Made by a program: the position numbers and the translations under genes. A stretch of 64,000 nt of DNA, taken from assembly GCF_030144855.1 (NCBI RefSeq), contig NC_082731.1, forward strand, positions 29,574,001 through 29,638,000. The letters run 5' to 3'. Shown here one piece after another: positions 11,001-22,288 of this stretch. The notes below the pieces were generated by a model. It made no database searches, was not told the origin of the DNA, and saw only the letters and a list, made by a program, of their open reading frames with translations. The stretch is from Hypanus sabinus. Lineage: Eukaryota. The number at the start of each line of letters is the position of its first letter. Positions within the stretch are counted from its first letter, which is position 1.

Positions 11001-12950
11001 ATTCAGAGAATATTGTGAAATGTTAGATGTGGAATATGGCGATCTCGTCCTTCATTACGAGGTGCCCTGGCTTTCTAGAGGACAGGTTCTGAGTAGATTT
11101 TGGAAACTGAAAACTACTGTTCATAATTTTCTAGAAAAAAAAAAGAGCTGCCTGAGGAAAGAGCCCTTTTAACAATTGACTATTTGATTTAGGATTTTTA
11201 GTTGATGTTTAAAGCATCTCAATGATCTAAATTTGAAACTCCATGGTAAGAACAAATTGTTTCCTAGCTTAGTAAATGAAATCGATGCTTTCAAGATGAA
11301 GTTAAAACTGTTCACCTCTCAGTTAGAAAATGAGGATTTGAGCCAGTTTCCACACTTAAAAGATCAGAGTGAATGTGCTGAAGTTAACGGCAATTTTACA
11401 ACATATATTGAAAAAATCAGGTTATTGCAAGAGTCTTTTGAAAGTTGTTTTCATGATTTTGCTAAAGAAGTAGACTGCATACTTGCATTTATAGACCCAT
11501 TTTCACTTGAACAAAAGTCATGAAGATGCCTAGTAACACAAGTATAGAACTTACTGACTTGAAACCAAATTCATTATTGAACTTGAAATTTGATGAGCTT
11601 CCCTCAGTCCCAAATGCTTCTGACATGATTAATTTCTGGCGATCATTACCCTGTGAACATTTTCCAGAGCTAAGAAAATTTGCCCAGAATTATATCTGTC
11701 GTTTTGGAAAGACGTACAGATATGAACAAGCATTTTCAGCCAAGTAATTGATTAAAAACAAAATGAGGTCACGACTGACTGATTTTAATTTGAAGAATTC
11801 TCTGCTGCTCTCAGTAATTAATTTATCTCCAAACATTAAAATCTTGGCAAAATCAAAACAGACTCAAAAGTCTGATTAAGGTAAATAATGTTTATCTTGT
11901 TTTTATATTAAATCAATATATCATATAAAAATGCTAAATATGTCTATATTAACATATTTTTACAAGAAATTAATGGGGGTACAAGAGTTGTATGGCGCAT
12001 CTGAACTCGTGCGTGAAAAAATTGACGTGTGGAATGTAAACGGTTGGCCACCCCGATCTGGATGGTAATATAGTTCACTGGATCAGCAAATTTGTAATTG
12101 ACGCCAAGATTGGGGGGTGGAGCGGACAGCAAGGAAGACTATCGGAGCTTGCAGTGGGATATGGACCAGATGGTAAAATAGCAGATGGAATTTAATGTAG
12201 GCAAGTGTAAAGTGTTGCACTTTGGTAGTACCAACCAGGGTAGGACTTACACAGTGAACGATAGGACACTGAGGAGTGTGGTAGAACAAAGGGATCTGGG
12301 TTTACAGGTCCATAATTCATTGAAAATGGAGGCACAGGTAGATAGGGACATAAACAAAACTTCTGGCACATTGGTCTTCATAAGTCAAAGTACTGAGTGC
12401 AGGAGATGGGAAGTTATCTTAAAGTTGTATAAGACATTCGTGAGGCCTCATTTGGAGTACAGTGTGCAGTCACTAACCTACAGGAAAGATGTAAATAAGC
12501 TTGAAAGGGTACAGAGAAAGTTTAAAGGAATTCTACCAGGTCCGGAGAAACTGTGTTATAAGGAAAGATTACAAAGGCTAGGACTGTTTTCCCTGAAACA
12601 TAAAAGATTGAGGGGAGATTTGATGGTGGTGTACAGATTTATCAGGGGTATAGATAGGGTAAAAGCAAGCAGGCTTTTTCCACTGAGGTTGGGAAGAACG
12701 CCAACTGGAGATCATAGGTTAAGGGTGAAAGGTGAAATGTTGAAGGAGAAAATGAGGTAAACTTCTCCACTCAGAGATTTGTGAGAGTGTGGAATGAGCT
12801 GCCAGAACAAGTGATGCTTGCAAGATCGATTTCAATGTTTAAGAGAAGTTTGGATGGTTAGATGGATGGGAAGGGTATGGAGGACAATGCTCTGGGTGCA
12901 AGTCAATGGGACTTAGCAGCTTAAATGACTTGGCACAGACTAGATGGGCT
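8100..12950 (+). mobile_element. Degenerate CR1-like LINE (EN/RT pieces) split by a hAT insertion
   Basis: EN motifs (MVGHFNFPHID), VLQGLVLGPLL before 9526 and the RT C-terminus MEFNVGKCKVLHFG after 12056 are collinear across the hAT. Confidence 0.8.
9527..12055 (+). mobile_element. hAT (Charlie/Buster/SPIN-like) DNA transposon with decayed transposase
   Basis: TIRs CAGGGATGGCCAACC (9527-9541) and GGTTGGCCACCCCG (12042-12055). 8-bp TSD ACCTAGAT/ATCTGGAT. Transposase fragments DESADVCDEAQL, CTDGAPVMIGK, WLSRG with stops and frameshifts. Confidence 0.88.
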
Positions 12951-13839
12951 GAAAGGCCTATCTCTAGACTGTACTTTTCTAGATCTCAATGGGCATATGG
13001 AATTTAAGTGTGATGTGCTGCAATTGGCCTTCACAGATCTAGGTATTATGTACAGGAGATTGGATGTCATTTTGAAGTTGTATAAGACATTTGTGAGGCT
13101 AAATTTGGAGTATAGGTACATGAATGGGTAGGGTATGCATGGCTATGGTCTGGGTGGAAGTCAATGGGTTTGGGCAGTTTAAATACTGGATGGGCCGAAG
13201 GGCCTGTTTCTGTAACTGAAGTGACTGTCAGACAGTGACCGAGGCCAGACTGTCTGTGTTTACATTCCTTAGAGTTCAGAAGAATCCAGGATTTCTGGAC
13301 TCAAACATATCAGAAACAAAAGGGGCACTAGAGGGTTGATGTTGAGAAATTGTCACCTGCCAGAGAGCAACAAACAAGGGGACATTGTTATGAAATAAGG
13401 AGCCGAATATTTGAAACTGAGGTGCAGAGAAATTTCTTCTCTCAGAGGGAATGTATCCCCAGATATCTCAGACCAAAGCATGGAATCTGGTGGTCTACTC
13501 TTTCTCCTATTTTCTTTTCTTCTTGTGAGTTCAGTAGAGACAGAGACAATTGTGTGATGTGTTGCAATTAGCCTTCACAGATCTAGATATTGTGTACAGG
13601 AGATTGGATGTTATGTTGAAGTTGTATTAGACATTCCTGAGGCTAAATTTGACAGAGACAGAGAGAATTGCAAGAAGAGACAAAGGATAAGATCAGAACT
13701 ATGCAAATAAAGAAACTGTGTGAATGTTTGAAGAAAGAAGGCAGAGGACAATCTGAGTGGCTAAAGCAGAGACAGACAGTCCCAGAAAGAGACACAGGGA
13801 GGCCTTCAAAGGGATCATTTTCTCTTGTATCCGGAAACT

Positions 13840-16800
13840 TAAAGCTCATAATCTTTCTCCAAGAAACCTATATTCGTAAAGATGATATTTCATGTTCTTT
13901 CAAAGGATGGAAGGGTATACATTTTCACTCACCCTCTCAATCTAGCTCAAGAGGCGTCTCTATCCTGTTTGATCAGAATTTATCCTTTATTCAACGTAAT
14001 GTAATTTCTGATACAAATGGGCGCTTTGTTATTGTTTCGGGTAGTCTTGGGAATAAACTAATCGTAGTTGCGAATGTATACGCTCCAAATATAGATGACT
14101 CCTTGTTCTTTGAACGTCTTTTCTCTTTTCTGCCTGATTTGAATCGGTATTCCTTAGTGATGGGCGGAGATTTTAATTTTTGGCTTGACCCTATATTAGA
14201 CCGCTCTTCAAGTAAAACCCCTGTCACTAATAAATCAGTCTTACTTTTTAAATCTTTTTTATCTCAATGTGGTATTCTTGACGTGTGGCATTTTTTACAC
14301 CCCAAAGAAAAGGAATATTCATATTTCTCTCAGGTTCATCACAAGTACTCTCGAATTGATTTTTTTTTATAGATAGAAACTTGCTTCCACTGGTACGATC
14401 CTGTGATTATAAGGAGATTGCTTTGTCTGATCATGCACCTGTGCTTCTGGCTTTAAGGTTACCTGCTTACTCTGAACCAAATAGAAGTTGGCGTTTTAAC
14501 TTATCATTGTTATCTGATAAAAATTTTCTAAAGTTTTTGGAAAACCATATTACTTTTTTCTTTAAAGAAAATTTTAAAGGAGGTACTGCTGGCAATATAG
14601 TCTGGGATACTTTTAAAGCATATCTTCGTGGAGAAATTATCTCTTACTCTACCCATATAAAGAAAAAAGCTGGCAAAGAAAGGTCTGACCTAGCAGCGAT
14701 ATTAAAAGATCTTGATCAAAAGTATGCCCTATCTCTAGATCCAAGTATATATAATAAGCGTATTGAAATCCAATCCAAGTATAATCTTCTGCTGACTTAC
14801 CCAATTGAACGAAAGCTGTTGAGAGATAAAACTCAATTTTACTTTCACGGGGATAGAACTGGTAGTTTATTAGCCAATCGCTTAAAATCTTTTACAGTTA
14901 ATTGTCAAATCACAGAAATTTTTAAAGATAATGGAACTAAGACATCAGACCATTCAGAAATTAACAATGTATTTAAAGACTTTTACTTTAAGTTGTATCA
15001 TTCTGACTCTTCAGATGATACCTATATGAACGCTTTTTTCAGTAATATCAACATTCCTACATTGTCTGCTGATAGTCAAACACAGTTACATCAGCCTAGT
15101 TCCAATGAAGAATTGGCTGACGCTATAGGTGCTTTACATTCTGGTAAGACCCCAGGACCTGATGGCTTTCCTGGGGAGTTTTATAAAACTTTCACTACAT
15201 TACTTACACCTTATTTATCCTCTGTTTTATCAGTGTCCTTTAAATCCCTCAATTTTTTTTGAAGGTTTTATTCCTCTTATTCTTAAATAAAATTAAAATC
15301 CAGCTGAATGTTCTTCATACAGACCGATTTCTTTATTAAATGTTGATGCAAAAATTTTAGCCAAAATCTTAGCTCGAAGACTTGAAAATATTCTACCATC
15401 TATTATATCACATGACCAGACAGGATTTATTAAAAATCGTTACTCACATTTTAATATACGTCGGTTATTGAACGTGATATAGTCACCATCCAAAAAAATA
15501 TCAGAGTGTATATTATCCTTAGATGCAGAAAAAGCCTTTGACAAGATTGAGTGGAATTATCTTTTTAAGACCTTAGAAAAGTTTAATTTTGGGCCTAATT
15601 TTATTCGTTGGGTTAAATTAATCTACTTGTCTCCTACCGCTCAGGTTATTACTAACTCCCAAATTTCTAAGCCCTTTAAATTACAGCGGGGAATTAGACA
15701 AGGATGTCCCCTTAGTCCTTTACTTTTTGCTTTAGCTATAGAACCCTTAGCAATAGCACTTCAAGAAGCTAAGAACATTTCTGGTATACTAAGGGAAGGT
15801 ATATCTCATAAAATTTCATTATATGCTGATGATATTTTACTTTTTATCTCTAACACTGAAACTTCTTTACCTTTGGTTCTTTCTTTAATCTCCCAGTTTA
15901 GTTCTTTTTCAGGATATAAACTGAACCTACATAAAAGTGAGCTGTTTCCTTTAAATGACCTAATGTCATCAAATGCCAAATTTCCATTCAAAGTTGTTAC
16001 AAGTCAAATTACATATTTAGGTGTAACAATTACTAAAAACTTCAAGAATTTATTCAAAGAAAACTTAAACCCCTTATTGAATTATGTGAAAATAATTCTA
16101 AATGGTCCCCTCTTTCTTTATACCTAATTGGCCGAATTAATTCGATTAAAATGAAGATTCTTCCTAAATTTTTATATCTTTTTCAGGCCTTACCTATTTT
16201 CATTCCTAAGACGTACTTTGATTCTTTAGATTCAATTTTAACCTCTTATATTTGGAATAATAAACAAGCTCGTTTAAGTCAAGTTTACTTACAAAGAAAT
16301 AAAGAGGTGGGGGGACTAGCCCTACCCAATTTTAGGTTTTACTATTGGGCTGCCAATATAAGGAATATTACTTTCTGGTCCCATTATATTTATCGTAAAG
16401 ATTGCCCATCATGGGTCTCCTTAGAAGTTAATTCTGTAAAAAATTCCTCTATTGTCTCTCTTCTTGGATCATACTCTTCTTTTTCAGCAAATAAAACAAA
16501 AGATAACATAATTGTTAAGCAAACTTTAAGGATCTGGTCTCAATTTAGAAAATTTTTTGGTTTAGCGAATTTTTCATTATCACCTCCCATTCTCCTTAAA
16601 TTTTTTTTATCCCTTCCATGACTGATAAAGTCTTTAAAGATTGGGATGAATTAGGTACTAAGTGTTTTTGGGACCTGTTTATCTCAGGATCTCTTGCTTC
16701 TCTTGCTTCTTTTGACCAAATAAATTTGCACTCCCGAAATCACATTTTTATAGATACCTTCAAATTAGAGATTTTCTACGTTTCCAATTAGTTACTTTTC

Positions 16801-17840
16801 CTATAGATCCTGATAAAAATTTACTGGACAATCTTTTACATTTAAAACCTTTTGTTAATGGTTCTATTACAGGTGTCTATAACTTGTTGATTGATTCTAG
16901 ACAAGACTTTTTAGATAAAATAAAAAAAGCTTGGGAGGGTGACCTAAATTGTCAAATTTCTGATGATAGATGGAATAAAATTCTTAAACGGGTTAATAAA
17001 TCATCTTTCTGTGGTCGTCATTCTCTTCTACAATTTAAAGTGGTTCATAGAGCTTACATTTCTAAACAGAAGCTCTCCAGTTTTTACCCGAATGTTTCTC
17101 CACTGTAATAAATGCAACTCTGCTGATGCCTCTTTAATTCATATGTTTTGGTTTTGCCCTACAATTGAAAAGTTTTGGTGGGAAGAATTTCACACCTTCT
17201 CTCAACTTTTTAGGGTCCAATTTGACCCAAATCCCCTTACAGCCTTGTTTGGTATTATTGCAAATGAAGATATAACTTTAAATACTCCGAACCTACAGGT
17301 TTTAGTTTTTACCTCTCTTTTAGCAAGAAGAGCAATTTTGCTTAAATGGAAGGAGTCTACTCCTCCTACACATCTTCAATGGCTACGTGATATTATGCTG
17401 TATTTAAATTTAGAAAAGATCCGCTGCTCAGTCTTAAATTTGAAACAATCTTTTTATGATATTTGAGGACCTTTCCTAAATTACTTTTCCAATTTATAAA
17501 GTTTAACAGTGCACAGACTTTTATTTATATTTTTATCTTCTATTCTTAAGTGAATATGTTTTTTTTCTAATTATCCATTGTCATCCATCAGCTTTTTTCT
17601 TTGGTAGTTGGTAGAGGGTTGACTTTTTTATATCTATAAAAAATTCTTTTATGATGTATGCCCTATCTTTAAATCTTTGATTACAGAGTGGTATACCTTT
17701 ATGTGTTATCCTATAACATTTTGATCAATTTTATTACAATATATGAATGTACACAAGTTATGTTGAGATGTATCTATGTGTTACACTCTGTAAATCCTTT
17801 TTTTTTCTTCTTCTGAATAAAAATATTGTAAAAAGAAAAG
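13840..17840 (+). mobile_element. 5'-truncated L1-clade LINE (ORF2 pseudogene, 3' UTR, A-rich tail)
   Basis: IIFLQETY and MGGDFNF endonuclease motifs; GPDGFPGEFY, QGCPLSPLLF and LYADD RT motifs; AATAAA at 17816-17821 then an A-rich end; multiple frameshifts. Confidence 0.88.
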
Positions 17841-19579
17841 GTGAGGCCTCACTAGTGCTTTATAAAGCCTCAGCATCACGTCCTTCCTCTTGTATTCTTG
17901 TACTCCTTCTACACGTTTGTGCTCAAGCGACTGGAACCGTGACACCAGTTCTGACTCAATGTAGAGTGTTTTGTATTTCTCACTTGAGCCAAACACAGCA
18001 GCTTTATTGTTGGGTTAGAGATTAGCTGTTATTCCCGGATGGTGACTGAGAACAGAAGTTCCTCCCAGGTCGACCCAATGAGAGGATCAGTGTGTGGAAG
18101 TGTCAGTGTTACCAAGCCAAGATGAATAGAGGAAATACAGAAAGGTATCATTGTGAGTATTCCACAATGCTGGTGTGTTTAGAGAGACAGTAATTCATAA
18201 GTACAGACGTGAGGTGTGGTTGGTGATTTTGAGTCCATGGTGACCAACACCTTCTACCAGGATTAGCTTTAATATTACTGCCATTTGTCATAAAACTTGT
18301 TGTTTTGCTGCCGCAGTACATTGCAATACTTAATAATAAAAAGCAATAAATTCCTATATGAAATAAATATAAAAAATAAATTAAGTAAGTAGTGCAAAAC
18401 AAGAAGAAAAGATAGTGAGGTAATGTTCATGGATTCATTGTCTATTTAGGAGGGGAAGAAGCTGTTCCTCAAATGTTGGGTGTGTCTTCAGGCTCTTGTA
18501 CCTCCTCCTTGAAAGTGGCAATGAGAAGAGGGCAGGTCCTTGGTGGTGGGAGGCCTTAATGACGAATGGTGCCTTCTTGAGCCATCGCCTGTTGAAGGTA
18601 TCATTGATACTGGGGAAGTTAGTGTCCATGATGGAGCTGGCTGAGTTTACAACTTCCTGCAGCTTTTTCTGATGGTAATGTAATTAGAATACTCTCCATG
18701 GTATATCTGTAGAAATCTGCGATAGTCTTTAGCAACATACCCAGACTACTCAAATTCCAATTAAAATATAGCCACTGTCATTGCCTTCCTTGTTATTGCA
18801 TCAGTATGTCGGACCCAGGATAGATGTCCAGAAATATTGACACCCAGGAACTTGAAACTACTCATCCTTTCCACTGCAGATCCCTCAATGAAAACTGATG
18901 TGTGTTTTCACAACCTCCCCTTCCTGAAGTCTGCAATCAATTGCTTCGTCTTACTGACGTTGAATGCAAGGATGTTATTGAGATATCGTTTACCCAGCTG
19001 ATCTATCCTGCTCTTGTATGCCTCCTCATCACCCTGAAATTCTGCCCACAATAGTTCATCAGCAAATTTATAAATGCCACTTGAGCTGTACCTAGCCACA
19101 CAGTCGTGGGTGCAGAGAGTGTAGATCAGTGGATTAAGCACACATCCTTGAGGTGCCCCAGTGTTGATTGTCAGTGAGGAGGAGATGCTCTTTCAGATCC
19201 ACACTGACTGTGGTCTCCCAGTGAGGATGTCAAGGATCCAGTTGTGGAGGGAGGTCTAGAGGCCCAGGTTTTGGAGCTTGTAGATTAGGACTGAGGGTAT
19301 GATTGTGTTGAATGCTGAGCCAAAATAAGTAAACATCATTCTGACATACAGCAGGAGGGGGAACTGCGCAGGCGCGAGTGACGTCAGCGTCGAGCGCGCA
19401 CTTTAAAAGGCAGGACTTCTTTTCAGAGCGGGCAGCGGAGTCCTTGGAAGCAGAGTCCTGGGCTTTGGCTAAGTGGGCTTCGGCGTAAGGGGACCGGTAA
19501 GGCTGTGTGATTGCTCGCTGAGGGGAAGAAGGTAAGGTCGCTAGGTGCTTTTTAGACATTCTATTAATTCAGTTCAGGT

Positions 19580-20521
19580 ATGGGGGAGACAGTCAGAGCA
19601 GTGGTGTGCTCCATATGCAGTATGTGGGAGGTCAGGGTCAACACAGTTGTCCCTGATGACCACACCTGCAAAAGGTGCGTCCAGCTGCAGCTCCTATCAG
19701 ACCGAGTTAGGGAGTTGGAGCAGGAGCTGGATGAACTACGGATCATTCGGGAGGTGGAGGCAGAGATAGATAGGAGTTATCAGGAGGTAGTCACACCAAA
19801 AAACCAAGAAGTAGGCAGATGGGTGACGGTCCAGAGAGGCAGGGGGAGCAGGCAGAGAGAGCAGAGCACCCCTGCGGCCATTCCCATTAACAATAAGTAT
19901 ACCGTACTGGATACTGTTGATGGGGATGACCTACCAGGAATGAGTTGTAGTGGTCCTGCCTCTGGCACAGAGGTTGAACCCTCAACTAGAAAGGGGAGGA
20001 GGGAAGAGAAGAGAGCGATAGTTTTAGGGGACTCTATAGTTAGGGGGGCAGATAGGAGATCTTGTGGGGCAGAGCGGGAGTCTCGGATGGTATGTTGCCT
20101 CCCTGGTGCCAGGGTCCGGGACATCTCAGATCGGGTGCAGGCTATTCTTGAGAGTGAGGGCATGAACCCAGATGTAGTGGTCCATGTAGGGACCAATGAT
20201 GTAGGTAAGGTGAGTGAGGGGGTCCTGCTTAGAGAGTTCAGGGAGTTAGGAGTGAAGCTGAAAGGCAGGACCTCCAGGGTGACAATCTCGGGATTGCTAC
20301 CTGTGCCACGTGCGAGTGAGGCGAAGAATAGAATGATTATGCACGTTAATACGAGGCTGAGAGCATGGTGCAGGAAGGAAGGGTTCAGGTTTTTGGATAA
20401 TTGGTCTTTGTTCCAGGGACATTGGGATCTGTTTCGAAGGGATGGTCTACATCTGAACTGGAGGGGTACTAACATTCTTGCAGGAGTATTTGCCAGTGCT
20501 GCTCGGGGGGGTTTAAACTAG
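19580..20521 (+). CDS. CR1 ORF1p: Cys-rich N-terminus, coiled coil, SGNH/GDSL esterase-like domain (313 aa, intact)
   Basis: CSIC...C..C, LSDRVRELEQELDEL, IVLGDSIVRG, VHVGTND and DGLHLN motifs. Confidence 0.85.
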   Translation: MGETVRAVVCSICSMWEVRVNTVVPDDHTCKRCVQLQLLSDRVRELEQELDELRIIREVEAEIDRSYQEVVTPKNQEVGRWVTVQRGRGSRQREQSTPAAIPINNKYTVLDTVDGDDLPGMSCSGPASGTEVEPSTRKGRREEKRAIVLGDSIVRGADRRSCGAERESRMVCCLPGARVRDISDRVQAILESEGMNPDVVVHVGTNDVGKVSEGVLLREFRELGVKLKGRTSRVTISGLLPVPRASEAKNRMIMHVNTRLRAWCRKEGFRFLDNWSLFQGHWDLFRRDGLHLNWRGTNILAGVFASAARGGLN

Positions 20522-20725
20522 ATGTGCAGGGGGCAGGGATCCAGATCCAGAGGGTTGGTCAGAAGGTGCATGGGGTTAAATGTGTACAAGGTTTGGGTGA
20601 TCTTGAGAAGGTCATCAAAATTCAGGGTGCAATTTGCCCAATGGAAGTTCAAGGAGCTGGGTTAGGTACAGTAGACAGTGTTTTAAGCAAAGAGAGGAGG
20701 AATGGGCTAAGAATTCTATACTTAT

Positions 20726-22288
20726 GTGCATAGTGTCAGAAATAAGAAAGATGAGCTTGAAGCTCAGATGAAAATGGGGAACTACGGTATTGTTGGGATA
20801 ATGGAGACATGGCTGCAAGGGGATCAGGCCTGGGAATTGAGTGTACCAGGGTATACGTGCTATCGTAGAGACAGAAATATGGGAAGAGGGGGTGGGGTGG
20901 CCCTGTTGGTGAGGAATGAGATTCAGTCCTTAGCAAGAGGTGACTTGGGAACAGGGGAAGTAGAGTCTGTGTGGATTGAGCTGAGGAACAGTAAGGGTAA
21001 AAAGACCCTAATGGGTGTTGTGTACAGGCCCCCAAACAGTAGCGTGGATATTGGGTACAAGTTGATTAGGGAGTTAACATTGGCATGTGCTAAAGGTAAT
21101 GCAGTCGTTATGGGAGATTTCAACTTGCAGGTGGACTGGGAGAATCAGGTAGGTGCTGGACCCCAGGATAGGGAGTTTGTGGAGTGTCTAAGGGATGTAT
21201 TTTTGGAACAGCTTGAGCTTGAGCCAACCAGGAACGAGGCTATTTTGGACTTGATGATGTGTAATGCACAGGAATTGATAAGTGATCTTGAAGTAAAGGA
21301 GCCATTAGGAAGTAGTGATCATAACATGATAAGTTTTTATCTACAATTTGAGAGGGATAAGGGCAGATCAGAGGTGTCAGTGTTGCAATTAAATAAAGGA
21401 GACTACGGAGCCATGAGGGAAGAGCTGGCCAAAGTTAAATGGGCAGATGCCCTGGCAGGAAAGACAGTGGATCAGCAGTGGCAGATATTCTTGGGCATAA
21501 TACAAAAGATGCAAATGCAGTTCATTCCAATGAGAAGGAAGGATACTTGGCAGATGTCATTCAATGTGAATAAATGTGAAGTTATCCACTTTGGAAGCTG
21601 GAACAAGAGGGCAGAGTATTGTCTGAACGGTGTCGAGTTAGGTAAGGGAGAAATGCAAAGAGACCTAGGAGTCCTAGTTCACCAGTCAATGAAGGTGAAT
21701 GAGCAAGTGCAACAGGCAGTGAAGAGGGCAAATGGAATGTTGGCCTTTGTTACAAGGGGAATTGAGTACAAGAGCAAGGATGTCCTTTTGCATTTGTACA
21801 GGGCCCTGGTGAGACCACACCTGGAATATTGTGTACAGTTTTGGTCTCCAGGTTTAAGGAAGGACATTCTGGCAATTGAGGAAGTGCAGCGTAGATTCAC
21901 TAGGTTGATTCCTGGGATGGCAGGGCTGTCTTACGCAGAGAGATTGGAGAGATTGGGCTTGTACACGCTGGAATTGAGGAGATTGAGAGGGGATCTGATT
22001 GAAACGTTTAAGATAATTAAAGGATTTGATAGGATTGAGGCAGGAAATATGTTCCAGATGTTGGGAGAGTCCAGTACCAGAGGGCATGGATTGAGAATAA
22101 GAGGTCAGTTATTTAAAACAGAGTTGAGGAAGAGCTTCTTCTCCCAGAGAGTTGTGGAGGTGTGGAATGCACTGCCTCGGAAGATGGTGGAGGCCAATTC
22201 TCTGGATGCTTTCAAGAAGGAGCTGGATAGATATCTGATGGATAGGGGAATCAAGGGATATGGGGACAAGGCAGGGACTGGGTATTGA
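20726..22288 (+). pseudogene. CR1 ORF2 derivative: APE endonuclease fused in frame to the C-terminus, RT core missing
   Basis: ETWL, VYRPPNS, MGDFN and SDHN motifs present; no PQGSVLGP or FADD. Frameshift near 20730 at the N-terminus. Confidence 0.8.

Noticed and set aside
13003-13650. Direct duplication of about 90 bp (13003-13110 versus 13565-13650)
   Set aside because: Both copies are ordinary CR1 RT fragments; no functional signal.
19780-20475. Long minus-strand ORFs (also 53051-53593, 53583-54119, 50128-50511)
   Set aside because: They lie antisense to TE coding frames and show no independent domain motifs.
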